Below, piece by piece: positions 49,500 to 62,339 of a DNA stretch of 64,000 nucleotides. Under the pieces are notes generated by a model that was not told where the DNA came from, searched no databases, and was given only the letters and a program-made list of their open reading frames with translations. Source of the DNA: Azolla caroliniana (Eukaryota; Plantae; Polypodiophyta); contig JBHGNT010000013.1 of the NCBI GenBank assembly GCA_043228905.1, positions 9,052,001 through 9,116,000 on the forward strand, in the 5' to 3' direction. The position numbers and the translations under genes were made by a program. Position 1 is the first letter of the stretch; each line of letters begins with the position of its first letter.

Positions 49500-51640
49500 C
49501 TTTTCTTTCTATCTCTCTTTCTCTTCTTTTCCTACATGGTGTATCAGAGCCAAACGATCTATAACCTATAGTCTATATTCTTAAATCACAAAACACATGC
49601 CCTTATCATAATTTAACTTTCATGCCCATACAAAAATAATCATATTCATAGTGTCTAAGATTGTCAAGTAACGAAAGAATTTTATGTTTGCCATGCGCAA
49701 ATCCGGATAGCCCTCTGCAATAATGGCACAATCTACGTCATTGTCGTAACTCAACATGCGAAAATTCCCGATGGAGAAATTATCAGACACAAATTATCGA
49801 ATTTGGAAGGCAAGATTAGAATTACTTTTTAAATATAATAAAGTATGGGACATAATTTCAAGATATTCGACAAAACTTGAAAAAAGCGAAGAATTTGAAG
49901 AATATGAAGAAAAAGACTTGTGCGCAAGAATGGAAATTCTAATGCACGTAAGTGATGGCACTGGAGAAACATTGCAAAAAATGGAGACGGCTCAAGATAT
50001 GTGGAAGCACTTACAAATTATCTACGAACCTGAAAAATGATGCCCAACAAGCGCATAGACTTCAAGCGCTTGTTAATTACAAAATGAATGACGCACAACC
50101 GGTTGGTCAATTTCTATTAATATGGCAAAAGAAATTAGATGATGTGTTAACTTCAGGATGAGAAATCCATGATAAATTACAAAAGATTCTCCTTCTTGGT
50201 GCTCTTCCTCAGTCGTGGTCCACTTTCAAAACCACTCAAAACTCTATAAATTGTCCAACTCTAATTGATCTTCTTGCAAACATTAGAGAAGAAGAAACAA
50301 TGTGTTCACAAAGGTCTTCAAATTTAACTCCAAGTGTGGCAATGGTAGCATACAAAAACAAAAGATTCACCCAAAGAGGAGAAAGCTCAAAGCCATGGAT
50401 AAAGAAAGATCAAAACTCAAAACAAGGAGGAATGTGGTTCAACAATATCTATTGCAAAATATGCAAACGTACTAATCATGCAACAAAAGATTTCCGTGCA
50501 AAGTCAAACTTCAAGAATTATCAACCTTGGAGGCGTGTACAAGCCCATCTTGTTGAAGAAGAGATGGATGATGATAAAACTGTAGGAGATGGATATCAAA
50601 ATGGTGACAAGTATGACGATGTTTTTCAAGCATTCATTGCCGAAACACTTTTCGCTACCACTCCAAATCCAAGTAATGTAAAAGACATATGGAATCTCGA
50701 TACTGGTGCTACTAACCACTTAACTAATAGAAAAGATTGGTTACGTAATTATAACGAAGTTGAACCTCCTATCATTGTAAGATTTGGAAATAATGGGACT
50801 AAACAAGCTATTGGCAAGGGTGATATTACTTTTGAAGTCACAAGAGGAAGACATTTCACAATCAATGAAGTTCTCTATGTCTCGAGCATCACCAAACATT
50901 TGCTATCGGTTAGTCAGGCAACGCCAAATGGTACTATCATTGAATTTCATCCAAACCACACAATTATTAAACATAAAGCCTCAAATGGAGAACTTATTAG
51001 AACCTGTTGTAAACTAGAAAGAGGCTTATATCCCATAAAATGCATTCCTACATATCTTATTTTAGAAGCACATCATTCTACCCCAATTCAATCCTCTATA
51101 TCTCTAACTAATCTACATTCTCCCTCTTCTCTTTGGCATTTTCGTCTAGGCCATATGCATTTCAATGCTCAAAAAACATTACAATGTAATAATCTAGTCC
51201 ATGGTTTGCCAAAAGAACCTTTCAAGCCCATCTCTTTGTGTGAAAGTTGTATCCTTGGGAAAATGCCCCAACAACCCTTCCCAAAGCATAGATCTACAGC
51301 CTCTAGCCCTCTTGCATTAGTACATAATGATCTATGTGCATCTTTTCCAACCCCTTCTCTTAGTGGAGCCAAATATTTCATTAGCTTTATAGATGACTTT
51401 AGTCGATTTACAATCTTGCATTTTCTCAAGTACAAGAGTCAAGCTTATCAAGCATTCAAAGAGTACAAGGCTCGAATCGAAGTTAAAACATCATCAAAGA
51501 TTAAAAGTATTCAAACCGATGGTGGTGGTGAGTATATGTCTCATGAATTTCAAAGTTTGTATCAAAATGAAGGCATACATCATAGAATATCAACACCACA
51601 CACCCCACAACAAAATGGTTTAATCTGAAAGGAAGAATAG
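49500..51640 (+). mobile_element. 5' part of a Ty1/copia element (LTR end, PBS, gag, protease, integrase), truncated
   Basis: CCTACA followed by TGGT(GT)ATCAGAGCC at 49537; EKLSDTNYRIWK; CKICKRTNH; WNLDTGATNH; LWHFRLGH...CESC; TDGGGEY; TPQQNG. Confidence 0.9.
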
Positions 51641-51643
51641 ATG

Positions 51644-53739
51644 ACACTGGGTCATTTGGAACAAGTAATATGCCACAATTTTAGAACAGTCCGTCCAAAA
51701 AAGGCACAAAGTAGGTCATTTCACAAAAAGGACCATCGCATGCATAAAGTGTTTTGGAAATTGAATCAAAATATATTGATTTATACCATTTCCAAAAATT
51801 TAGGGCTTTCAAAAAATGCCCCTAATAATCAACACATGAAATTTACAAGAGAACGTACAAAAATTACAAAATCACTAACATGTATATTTATACATATTTC
51901 TGAATCACCATATTGATGTAACATACAATTTTACATTTCATATATGAGATCCATCACTTCCCAGAGATATGCCTTCCCCTTCAGACCCACCCAATGAACT
52001 AGAAGAGCTTTGTGAGGTCTCATCCTCATCATCACTAGCAACCAATGCATTGTCTTCATCCAATTCCAATCCAATGTCATCGTGATTATGAGACATACTC
52101 CTTGGTGGTCTCTGTGTTGCGTTAAAAGGCACATCTGGGATCTTCTCTTTTATTATCTTCATTGTAGTCTGTTTTAGATGGCTTGTTTGGGTCAAGGAGA
52201 AGTCATACACAAGTATGTCGACATTATCAAGTGCTAGACTAGACGTGCTTGGTAGATTCTTTCTTCTTCGCTTTTTGCTTGTGCCTTCAACATCCTTAAC
52301 CATCTCTAAAGAGTACTTCCTAGTAAATGCATCTTTGGAGGAGGTATGATACGAATGAACCATAATAGACTTTACTTGATTGCCTTCATCATCCTTAATA
52401 ATTTCAATGATTTTGGCAATCCAGAAGGGATGGCCCAACTTATCACCCCTAGCTAATGTTGCAACCAACATACCAACTTGTAGCTCATGTAGATTGCCTT
52501 GCCTCCTCGCCTCTGCAACATGTGATAATCTTGGTCCCACATATATATCTCTTTGTCATGGATGAACTTGATTATTCAATTCCAGATTATCTAGTGGTTG
52601 TAAAGGAGTCGTGCTTGCCATTGATGGGCCACCGAGCGCCCATACGAATTGATTTTGTAGTGGTTAGTACCCTGTAAAGTGGTTATCTAATATTGTATGT
52701 TGATTATTAAAGAAGAAATCCCACCAATCCACATACTGATCACCAGCGTACTTTTTGGTTTGCTCAAAAAATTTCTATTTTTCCTCAATGCACCACATCC
52801 AATATATCTTTTGATCTTCAATTGAACTACCAACATCCAATCTTTTATGGTCGTCATAGGGAATTTGCTCGGCACCATAGATTATTGCATCTGGGAAATG
52901 AAATAAGAGCCTACATCCATCTTGTGGCTCCCATTGCGAACTAGATGAGTATTGTTTGGCATATAACATGGTCTGGTTGTAACCAACCACACCTTTTTGG
53001 ATGAGAAAGACGTGGCTAAAACTTATATTATGAAGCGGAGCAAGAACCTTACATCTAGTCCCATCACCATCCATATAGAAGTGCTTGAAATCATATACTT
53101 TATATAAATGTTGCACATCTGGCTTGGGGGTATAAGCATTAGTAATCAACCTTGATAGCACAGGAAGTGTGAAAGCATCGCATCTCGCTAATTTCTTGGA
53201 GAACCTACTAAACATTTGATCTATGTGATCATGTGTATGACCAACTAGCAAGAAGGTGACTTTAATCTTTTTGAAAATACCCTTGTCTACTAACATGGTT
53301 AGGTAACCAAACACAATTGAGTTCTTGTTTTCTCTCGCCGTGTTGTCAAGTTGCACATATAGTACTGGTGGGAGTAAACCTTGCCAATTCTGCAGAACTC
53401 TATGTATGACTGTAACTATAAGATTAGGGTCGTTGTGGATATTTGGATAAGTTAAGAACACTTGAGACCTTTTTGTCTGACAATACAAAAGACATCCTAC
53501 TAAGTGTATCTGCACTAGGCATTCATCTCCAATATCCTTGGGCAATCTTCGAAAATGCTGCAAACAAGTTTTCTTTTGATCCATCCCATCTATAATCAAG
53601 CACATGTATCTTTTTGGTGATTGAAGTGCTTTTTCACGATGGTGCATAGCTGTAGATCTTTCCACCGCTTGGCTTTCTCGATACTCTCTAAATAAAGTCT
53701 TAAATTTTGTTATTTCTTCATTTGTTGTCCCACTCTTTG
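51644..53739 (-). mobile_element. Decayed DNA transposon with a Sola1-like (DUF7869-type) DDD transposase
   Basis: ORF 52775-53665 has IIDGMDQKK, VQLDNTARENKN and FLLVGHTHDHIDQMFS; C-terminal ORF 51938-52540. Superfamily name comes from motif recall; termini not resolved. Confidence 0.65.
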
Positions 53740-53741
53740 TA

Positions 53742-55364
53742 CGGGGCTCATCAGTGCTAAAATGACCATTAGGGGTGGATAGGTTTATATAAGGAGTTTT
53801 AGGAGAGGGTTTAGAGAAATGACAATAGGGAGTGGGGGTGTGTGCTTACGGATATGATTTGAAAAAGAGGAAGATTTGGAGAAGAAGGAAAAGGATATTA
53901 TGAGCTTTAATGTGACACGATGGAGGTTTTGGTATAAGGAAAAAGAGGTTATAATGATAAGGAGGGATAAGGAGAAAAGAGAGAGTTGGGATATGAAATG
54001 TAAAAAGAGGGGAAATATTAAAAGGGGAGTTAAGATTGAGGGAGAAATAAGGAAAATATGTGAGATGATGAGACGGGAAGGAAAGAGGAGAGAGAGAGAG
54101 AGAGAGAGAGAAATGAGTAGACATAAGGGGAGTGAGTAGATCTACGAGGATCAAGGGTGGTAAACGAGAGCAAAGTAAGAGAGAAAAAGATGGTAGAGAG
54201 AGGAGAGAGATGCATGTGTAAACTAGACAAAGTAAGAGAGAGAAAGGAAGTAGGAGAGAGGTAAGGGAGAGAGACAAGTGTGGGGAAAGAGGAAAAGAAA
54301 AAAGGGGGAAGGCTATAGATTTAGGAAGAGGATGGGGAGGGGTAGGGTAAGAAAAAGTAAAACATGGGTGAGGATAGAAAAACAAAAATAGAAAGGTGGA
54401 TAAAATAGGATAGGAAAAGATTTTTAGAGAGGGAAGGAAAAACTAAGAGAGGGAGAATAGGTTAAGTGTGAGAGAGGAAAAAAAAGGAAGAGATTTAGAG
54501 AGAGGAGGGGTGGGGGTAATGTGTTTAATTTTTAAGAAATGAGGGGGTGGGTTTAAGGGAGGGTAGGGTGGTAATAGGAAAAGGTGGGAGGAGGGGTAGA
54601 AAGGTAATTTTGAAAAAGTGAGGGGGAAGGGTAAGAGGGTAATTAAGGGTAATTTAGGAAAAGTAATTTAGGAAGGTAAGGGAGGGGGTAGGGTTGTAAA
54701 TTGACAAAGTGGGGGTGAAGTGAAAAGTTCACCAAGAATAATTTTAGCGCACCCAAACCATTTGATACACTTGGTGTGAGCTAGGGAGGGTTAAGGTTAG
54801 GGGTAGGGTGGTAATTAAAAAGTAAAGGAAGGGGTAGAGGTAGGAGAGAGAGAGAGGACTAGGGTTTAGCACTTGTTTCTTTTGCACCGTTCCATTGGAG
54901 GATAATACACATAGGTTCATTAAATGTCCTATAGTGTATACCATTCGCAAGTAGTTATCGGACATTTGGCAAGTTTTAACCCGTTGTTGTTTGAGACCTG
55001 AACAATGGGTTTTTTCTCAATATGTTCAAAATGGATCAAATGAAGATATGGAGATATTGTTCCTATTTTTACGTTATTGGGGTCTACAACACAATTGGAA
55101 TATGCGTAATGCTTTTATGTTTGATAATAGACATGGGGTGAAAGCCTATATAAAGAAGCTTAAAGGTATTCTCATGTGGAATTTTTGGATGTTAGAGCAT
55201 GTGAGGATCATTTCCTCAAATGCATATTTAGGTTTTTTAGTAGCATTACAGAACGTCCCTCTCCCTACATAGGCATATGATAGGTAGAGGAGACTAAGAA
55301 GTGTTGTAAGTAAGTGGATTTTACATACAATTAATATAATTGTGTGCTTTTACCCAAAACAAAA

Positions 55365-55408
<44 letters not shown>

Positions 55409-56221
55409 TAGGATATAAAAGTAAGAAAGTTAGAGGAAGAGAGAGAGAGAGAGTGACAAAAGAGGATATGAAAGTAAGAAAGAGAGACATAGGAAAGGAA
55501 TATTGGAAGTTGAAAGAGAGGATAAAGAAAGTAGTTTTTTTCACTTAAGATTGAATATTAAGGTGTGAATGAAAATGCTTTTCAAATCCATTATTGTTAA
55601 TGGAATTCATGATTAATGCAATTGTATGAACAATTGGATATAGTAGAGAATGAGCATTCAAGCTAAAAGTCCAATCATTTGAGGATAAAGGTGGCAACAA
55701 AAATTAACATATTATTTGGTTTAATATATTCCCTTATGTTTGCTCATTGTTTTCTATTTTGAAGTATCATCTTCTTTGACAATTCCGCATACACTAACCC
55801 TCCTAATTGTAAAAAATCACAAATTACATTTTTTACTAAATGTAAAAAATCAAGCATTCAAATGTTTACCTACTTTTCTCATGCAAGACCACTAAACCAT
55901 GAGATTCTATAGATGGTGCTTCTATGTGATCTCCAATTCTTCTCCCTCTTTCAAAGCAAGATTCATACTCCATGTGTACATTTCGTCTTATGTTGCCCTT
56001 GAGTAACTAATGCCCGCCGTAAAACTCTTCTCAGTTTGTTGGCTAGACATCATATTGTGTTTGATATGAAAGTAAGAAAGAGAGAGAGAGAGAGAGAGAG
56101 AGAAGATCATATCCATAAGCACACACACCCACTCCCTATTATCATTTCTCTAAACCCTCTCCTAAAACTCCTTATATAAACCTATCCACCCCTAATGGTC
56201 ATTTTAGCATTGATGAGCTCG
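53742..56221. mobile_element. Non-autonomous TIR element flanked by TA (Tc1/mariner-like)
   Basis: ~117-bp inverted repeats at 53742-53859 and 56106-56221 (GCTCATCA(G/A)TGCTAAAATGACCATTAGGGGTGG...); TA on both sides; purine-rich low-complexity interior. Confidence 0.8.
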
Positions 56222-56277
56222 TAGTGGGCGAAACTAGTTTGCTCATGACCATATCCCCATGTAATTTCTTTTTCAAT

Positions 56278-56617
56278 TGTTACCCGTATAGGTATACGGG
56301 AGGGTTAAGTGTAATGTGGAATATGAAATGTGAATGTGTGAGTGTTAGGTGAGGTAAGTAGGTGTACCTACATCCATTCGGCTTTTTGTAAAGATCTTAT
56401 ATAAATCCTCACTCATGGGGCATGAAAATATGGAATATTGAAGTTACCCACAAACTGTGTATGTCTTGATTTTCTCTCTCTCTCTCTCTCTCATTCGTTC
56501 TCTTTGTGCATCTCATCTCTCCATCTCTCCTCTCACACTCGAACCCCCTTGGGAGGGGGGTGGAACCGATCTGGGCTCCACCCCCCACCCATAAACACAT
56601 GGCACGCCGGGTGGGAC
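56278..56617 (+). mobile_element. 5' LTR (56278-56597) plus tRNA-Arg PBS (56600-56617) of a Ty3/gypsy element; internal region probably continues at 61953-64000
   Basis: TGTTACCC...ATAAACA, spacer CA, then TGGCACGCCGGGTGGGAC; LTR homologous to 14745-15066. Confidence 0.85.
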
Positions 56618-56651
56618 AGGACCTTTCAATCCCCATTTCCCCATTTTGTAG

Positions 56652-56708
<57 letters not shown>

Positions 56709-57196
56709 ACGGCTCTCTCTTGCTCTAACGGCTCTCTCTGTCGTTGTCGTCGTCGTCGCCGTCACCGTCGCCGTCGTCTGCAGCCGTTGTCTGCAGCCGC
56801 TGCAACCGTCGCCGTCTGCTCTCTCTCTCTCTCGCTCGCTTCCTCTTCTCTCTCTGTCGCTGGCTAGTGTCATCGCCGTCACCGTCGCCATAGCTGCCGT
56901 TATCTGCGGCCGTCGCCGTCTGCCACCGTGCAGTCGTCTACCGTCTTCTGCCGTCTGCTGCCGCCGTCGGCCGTCGTTTGACGACTGCCACCGTCACCGT
57001 CGCCGTCATAGGGTGTTTTCTTCTCCGTTTTCTCTTGATGTGGTGAAGTGCCTTTTTCTCGACGAGTTCGTGGGTGGGTTCTTTTGGTGTGCTCGTCCCG
57101 TGCTACAAAATGCCGATGTGATTGCGACACACACACAAACTTGGCTAAGTCTCGAACCCATTTATTTTACCCTTTTTTTTTCTTATTGACACCACA

Positions 57197-58009
57197 ATGA
57201 CGTCTAGACGGACTAAGGAACTTAAGGATATACAAGACGAGGTTATAAGTAAGGAGGACTTTTTAGATATGTTTAATCGTTTAACAAAAATAGAGATGGA
57301 TATGAAAAAATGGGTGAAAGACACCGAAACCCACAAGAAAAAAGATAGAGAGGAAAAAGACGCCCTCAAGGCCGAAATAGAACAACTTAAAGTAGAAAAC
57401 ATCGACCTTAAAAAACAACTTAAGGACATCGAGGTATCTCGGGAAGACGGTGAAATATCCTCTATAAAGGATATAAAGGACGAAATTAAAAAAGTTAAAG
57501 AGGAGGTTAATAATAACATAGAGTTAGCTAAAACGGGTTGGGTAGATGTGGTTAAAAGAAACATTAAAAAAGAAATAAAAGATGAAAATATTGTTAACAC
57601 CACCCTTGAAGAAGAGAAAATGCGTCAGGCCCGACGCTTAAATGTACATGTCACTGGGCTCAAGGAAGGTGCATCCCCAAATGAGGACGCACAAACACTT
57701 GGGAAAATGTTAGGGTACACAGAGGCCCTACCTATCACCAAAGCATGGAGGGCCGGGCGTGACACAACTAGGAAGAGAGCCTTAGTCCTTCAATTTAAAG
57801 ACTTAGACTCTAGAATCACTTTCTTTAAGAAGAGACCAATCCTTCGAGGAATGGATGGGGACCCCATCTATCTCGATGAAGACCTCACTAAGATGCAAAT
57901 TGAGCATCGCAAGAGTTGTATGCCACGAGTTATGCAAGCTCGTAAAGAAGGCCATCGCGCCTTTTACCGAGACGGGCGAGTGATCATAAATGATCGCACT
58001 ACTAACTGA
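57197..58009 (+). CDS. LINE ORF1 protein (coiled coil plus RRM-like/C-terminal domain)
   Basis: 270 aa; coiled coil, then RRLNVHVTGLKE...RALVLQF...IYLDEDLT, typical of LINE ORF1. Confidence 0.85.
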   Translation: MTSRRTKELKDIQDEVISKEDFLDMFNRLTKIEMDMKKWVKDTETHKKKDREEKDALKAEIEQLKVENIDLKKQLKDIEVSREDGEISSIKDIKDEIKKVKEEVNNNIELAKTGWVDVVKRNIKKEIKDENIVNTTLEEEKMRQARRLNVHVTGLKEGASPNEDAQTLGKMLGYTEALPITKAWRAGRDTTRKRALVLQFKDLDSRITFFKKRPILRGMDGDPIYLDEDLTKMQIEHRKSCMPRVMQARKEGHRAFYRDGRVIINDRTTN

Positions 58010-58015
58010 CGGCGT

Positions 58016-61000
58016 GTGGCCCATGTGACAAAAAATGCACTTAGGATGACCCTATGGAATTGTAATGGCGCACTCTGGGCACACCCCGGCCGCCTAGAGG
58101 AGATACTAAAGGTATCTGATATACTTTTCTTGGTAGAAACACATCAGAGCCCAAATAGAGGACTCCCACGGGTCGAAGGATTCCGTTGGGAGTCCGCTTT
58201 TAGACAAACCTCACGTCGACACACTACTAGGGGATCTGGAGGTGTCGCGATACTATTTCGTAGAGAGCTACATAATAGGATAGAAATAATGAAGATAGAC
58301 CCAGAAGCTCATTTTATGTGGGTGAAAGTCTCCACAAGCAAAGACCATGCAGTATTTTTCGCCATTTGTTACTTTCCCCCAAAAGGATCCCGTTGTAATA
58401 TTAGTGGCTTGACGAGATTAGTCGATGAAGGAATGCCACATGGGCCTTCTCCATACGAACCCCTATCGAATGACATAATCCGATATTCTTCCCAAGGAGA
58501 AGTATTTCTTGTAGGAGACTTCAATGCGAGAACCCAATCCCGACAATGCACAGTATTTCAGATTAATAGAAACCTAGAAATGGTAAATGTTGATCCTTTA
58601 GACATAGGCACCACACGTAGATCAAAGGATCAAGGTGCGGACGCCACGAGCTTTGGCCATCATCTGCTCGAACTTGGCAGTCGGCACCAAATGGTCATAT
58701 ATAATGGTTTAGCTAAGTGGCCGGGCTCGGAAGAGCTCACATGTTTCCCACATGGAGGAGGGGAAAGCATAGTTGACTATCTAATAGGGCGCCCGGAAGC
58801 TACCCACATGATTAACTCCTTCCGAGTGGCCCCATGCCCTATTGGTGCAGACCATAGCTTCTTATACTTCGAGCTAAAATGTGATATCTCTAAGGTCACC
58901 AAGTCTAGTCAACCATGCCATCACACCACAATACATTTCACACATGAGCTCTCTGACATATACTCTCAACATGTTCAGGCCCATCTCCCCTCCATTGATC
59001 CCTCTCTACCGTTAGAAAGCCTTAGTACAAAACTCACACACATCCTTCACTCCGCAGCAGCTAGCAGTTTCCCATATACAAAACACTCAAATCAAGGTAG
59101 ATCAGGATCAATGCCACAAAATAAATGGTATGACGAGGATTGTAGGGACCTACATAGACAACTTATAGTATCGCAACTCAATGGTAGTATTACCTCCACA
59201 CAAGCTCGCAAAGAAATGCGTAAGATGACACGTCGTAAGAGACGAGTGTGGGAGGCATCCCAATACTGGGAACTCTACCATATGCTCATGAGTAGCGATT
59301 GCGCCACGGCATGGAAGAGACTACGGGAGCCAAGACCACAAACACCCATCGAAGATCCCGAAACTTGGCACACATATACAAAGAGACTTTACCAAATCCC
59401 AAACCAACCACCTTTTCCAATGCCTTCCACACCCCAGCCTACCACAGGGACACTTTTCACGACCTCTAGGGTCATGAAGGTCATAAAGAAATTACAACAT
59501 AGGAAGTCCATGGACCACACAGGATTGCGAGCAGAACACATTATATATGCGAGAGAGTGCCTAGCTCCCTTGCTAACTCTAATCTTCAATCATGCCCTTG
59601 CGGAGGGTTTTCCACCACAGTGGACTATGAATACAGTGACCCCCATACATAAAGGGGGGGACCCCATGGACCCAAATACATATAGGACCATTATGATAGG
59701 CCATACCCTTGCTAAGTTATATGGTGCAGTAATGGAAGCAGAGCTTAGCGACTACATGGAGATCCTAAACCTTCGTGCACCTGAACAAGCTGGCTTTAGA
59801 CGAGCCTTCTCCACTATTGATCACATCTTCACACTTAGATGCCTAATTGACCAAACTAGGGCTCGCAAGAAGAGATTATATTGTTGTTTTGTGGACTTCC
59901 GCAAAGCCTTTGACACAGTCCCTAGAGATCGGTTGTCTGATAGACTTAAAAGCTTGAGGATACCAAATGATATGGTATGGGCCATCTACACACTATATGA
60001 ACAAGTGTCCGGGTGTGTCCGATGCCCAGGTGGCCTATCCAATCGTTTCACTAGCACTATTGGTGTAAAACAAGGTTGCCCCCTATCACCGACGCTTTTT
60101 GGGATCTACATTGATGAGATCACAGATTTTATTGCTCGTGAGGGAGGCACCGGAGTGGTCCTTGGGGATACGCAGGTTCGTATCTTGCTCTATGTGGATG
60201 ACATAGTTTTGCTCTCTAAATCCGAACACGACCTACAGAGGCACCTCAATGCCTTAGATGACTTTTGTGTACAACGAGGATTGGTAGTGAATCTAGGGAA
60301 AATGAAAGTCCTTATCTTCCACACATCGGCCCAAGTTAGAGCTAAGTGTCACCTAACTATCTCCCATAGCCCAGTCGAGGTGGTTGGATCGTACGTATAT
60401 CTCGGAGTCACTTTTAGTGCCCGCTCAGGTAAATTTTCGATGACACAGGCAGCGAAGGATAGACTCATGAGAGGACATGCATCCCTCTCACTCCTAGAGA
60501 GACAATGCCACCAAGCACACTTTCAAGAGCCACGGACTAAAGGGTGGCTCTTTGACTCATTAGTGACCCCCTCCCTCATGTATGCATCAGCGGTTTGGGC
60601 TCCAGGATTACCATCCTTCATGTGGACGCAATTAGAGAGACCATTGGTGATGATGCTATCACGCCAACTCCGAAGCAAATCGACTGTACCACATGACATT
60701 ATTAGGGCCGAGTTCACGTTACCCCCAATGCTAGTAGAGGCACTTTTTCAACTTGTAGTCTTTATTGATAGGATACATAGCCAACCACATGATAGAATAT
60801 CTCATCAAGCCTTTAAGGCCTCTCGATCATTGTATGAGTCCGGCTATACTAGCTCATGGTATGGCATGATGGTGACTTGGCTTCTTGCGAATGGTCTAGA
60901 CATTAATAACCTACCTCCCCTTAGGTACAACCACACGAGTGATAACACCTTAATCTCTCATGAGAACCGCAATAAAGTAATACGCCAAGAAATATGGCAA

Positions 61001-61423
61001 ATTTACACTCGGTGTAAATGGATCACCCCACTAGAGCCACTCCCATCTAAAATGTCGTACTATAAGAAACACTTCATGCACTTCTCTGAGTTAGGTTTTA
61101 TCACGCGGCCAAAATATCTAGATGTATTCTTACCACATGCACTAAGGGTTGCCATTGGACAACTTAGAATATCATCTCACCAACTTGAGATTGAAAATGG
61201 CCGTACTAGTGGAGTCCCTAGGGAGGAAAGGATATGTAGGTTATGTCACATAGAGATAGAGGATGAGTACCACTTTACATGCAAGTGTCCAACCTATGCC
61301 GAGATAAGGGCAAAATACCAAGACATACTTGGTCCGTCTCCCACCCTCCCCAAACTATTAGATACTCTAGATATAAAGAAATTAGGCAAATACATTCTAG
61401 AGCTAAAACAACACAGAGAATAA
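58016..61423 (+). CDS. LINE ORF2: APE endonuclease, reverse transcriptase and C-terminal CCHC-type finger
   Basis: WNCNG, LVETH, GDFNAR, IVDY, ADH; FVDFRKAFDTV, GVKQGCPLSP, YVDD, YLG; ERICRLC..EDEYHFTCKCP. 1135 codons without a stop. Confidence 0.95.
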   Translation: MAHVTKNALRMTLWNCNGALWAHPGRLEEILKVSDILFLVETHQSPNRGLPRVEGFRWESAFRQTSRRHTTRGSGGVAILFRRELHNRIEIMKIDPEAHFMWVKVSTSKDHAVFFAICYFPPKGSRCNISGLTRLVDEGMPHGPSPYEPLSNDIIRYSSQGEVFLVGDFNARTQSRQCTVFQINRNLEMVNVDPLDIGTTRRSKDQGADATSFGHHLLELGSRHQMVIYNGLAKWPGSEELTCFPHGGGESIVDYLIGRPEATHMINSFRVAPCPIGADHSFLYFELKCDISKVTKSSQPCHHTTIHFTHELSDIYSQHVQAHLPSIDPSLPLESLSTKLTHILHSAAASSFPYTKHSNQGRSGSMPQNKWYDEDCRDLHRQLIVSQLNGSITSTQARKEMRKMTRRKRRVWEASQYWELYHMLMSSDCATAWKRLREPRPQTPIEDPETWHTYTKRLYQIPNQPPFPMPSTPQPTTGTLFTTSRVMKVIKKLQHRKSMDHTGLRAEHIIYARECLAPLLTLIFNHALAEGFPPQWTMNTVTPIHKGGDPMDPNTYRTIMIGHTLAKLYGAVMEAELSDYMEILNLRAPEQAGFRRAFSTIDHIFTLRCLIDQTRARKKRLYCCFVDFRKAFDTVPRDRLSDRLKSLRIPNDMVWAIYTLYEQVSGCVRCPGGLSNRFTSTIGVKQGCPLSPTLFGIYIDEITDFIAREGGTGVVLGDTQVRILLYVDDIVLLSKSEHDLQRHLNALDDFCVQRGLVVNLGKMKVLIFHTSAQVRAKCHLTISHSPVEVVGSYVYLGVTFSARSGKFSMTQAAKDRLMRGHASLSLLERQCHQAHFQEPRTKGWLFDSLVTPSLMYASAVWAPGLPSFMWTQLERPLVMMLSRQLRSKSTVPHDIIRAEFTLPPMLVEALFQLVVFIDRIHSQPHDRISHQAFKASRSLYESGYTSSWYGMMVTWLLANGLDINNLPPLRYNHTSDNTLISHENRNKVIRQEIWQIYTRCKWITPLEPLPSKMSYYKKHFMHFSELGFITRPKYLDVFLPHALRVAIGQLRISSHQLEIENGRTSGVPREERICRLCHIEIEDEYHFTCKCPTYAEIRAKYQDILGPSPTLPKLLDTLDIKKLGKYILELKQHRE

Positions 61424-62339
61424 ATTACAAAATGTTGACAATAATGTTGCTAATGATCACGAACATGTAACAAATGCAGTTTTTCAAGAACCTGAGGAGA
61501 CAACGAATGCCGACACACTTGTACCACTCGGCCTTTCCATTGATGAGGCAGAAAACCAGAGAAGAACTAGACGTCCTCGGGTGCCGGGTTTCAAAGCAAC
61601 TCAACGTGATGTGGAAGCAATATTGAAAATAAGGGAACGTGAGCTACACCGCCTAGAAGCCATGGCTAGGGCACTCTCTACATTGGAACCCACATCAAGA
61701 CCCTTTGACCCCCCACTTCTTTTCGAGAGGCTTCGGTGGAAATAAAATTAGGCTTAGTGTATAGTCACTTTCGAGTATACTACATATTGTACACTACTAG
61801 AACTCTTTTAGTTTAAGTTCTATTTTTTTTACTTAATTTTATTTTTAGTTATGATGACTGGATAAATACTCTATTGTTGTAAACCAATTGTCTCATGGGC
61901 CAAATTTGGCCTTAGAAGACGTTAATACATCTTTCTTTCTTTCTTTCTTTCTGCAAAAAACCCTAGCTACCCCAAAGTTCATCTCTATGTGTTTAGCTCT
62001 CTAGGTCTCTAAATGCTTGTCTATGTTGTATGTGTGCATCTTCGGCCTTCTCTCCGTACTGTGGATCTCCAAGTTAAACATGGAGGCTTTCAAAAGGAAG
62101 CTAGACACAGTCATGGGAGTGAATTGCAATGGAGAAGTGAAGGTCGTGAAGAGGAAGTATTATGTTCTTTTCAACTCATGAAAAATGGACTTAGGAGCAT
62201 GTTGGAAGAATATGAGGAAGCAAAAGAGAAAGGGAACAAAACAGAAATGTAATCCAAGAGCTGACTGAGGAAGTGTTGGCTGAGAGATGGCCTGGAAAGC
62301 AGTTGAGAAGAGTTCAAGCCAACTGAGACAACCAGAGAA

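Larger units (their letters stand above)
56657..61952 (+). mobile_element. Apparently full-length RTEX-like LINE
   Basis: (CT)n at the 5' end, GCC/GTC-rich 5' UTR, two intact ORFs, 3' UTR and (TTTC)n tail. Confidence 0.9.

Noticed and set aside
53846-54740. ORFs in the purine-rich tract
   Set aside because: Low-complexity GA/G-rich sequence generating spurious ORFs.
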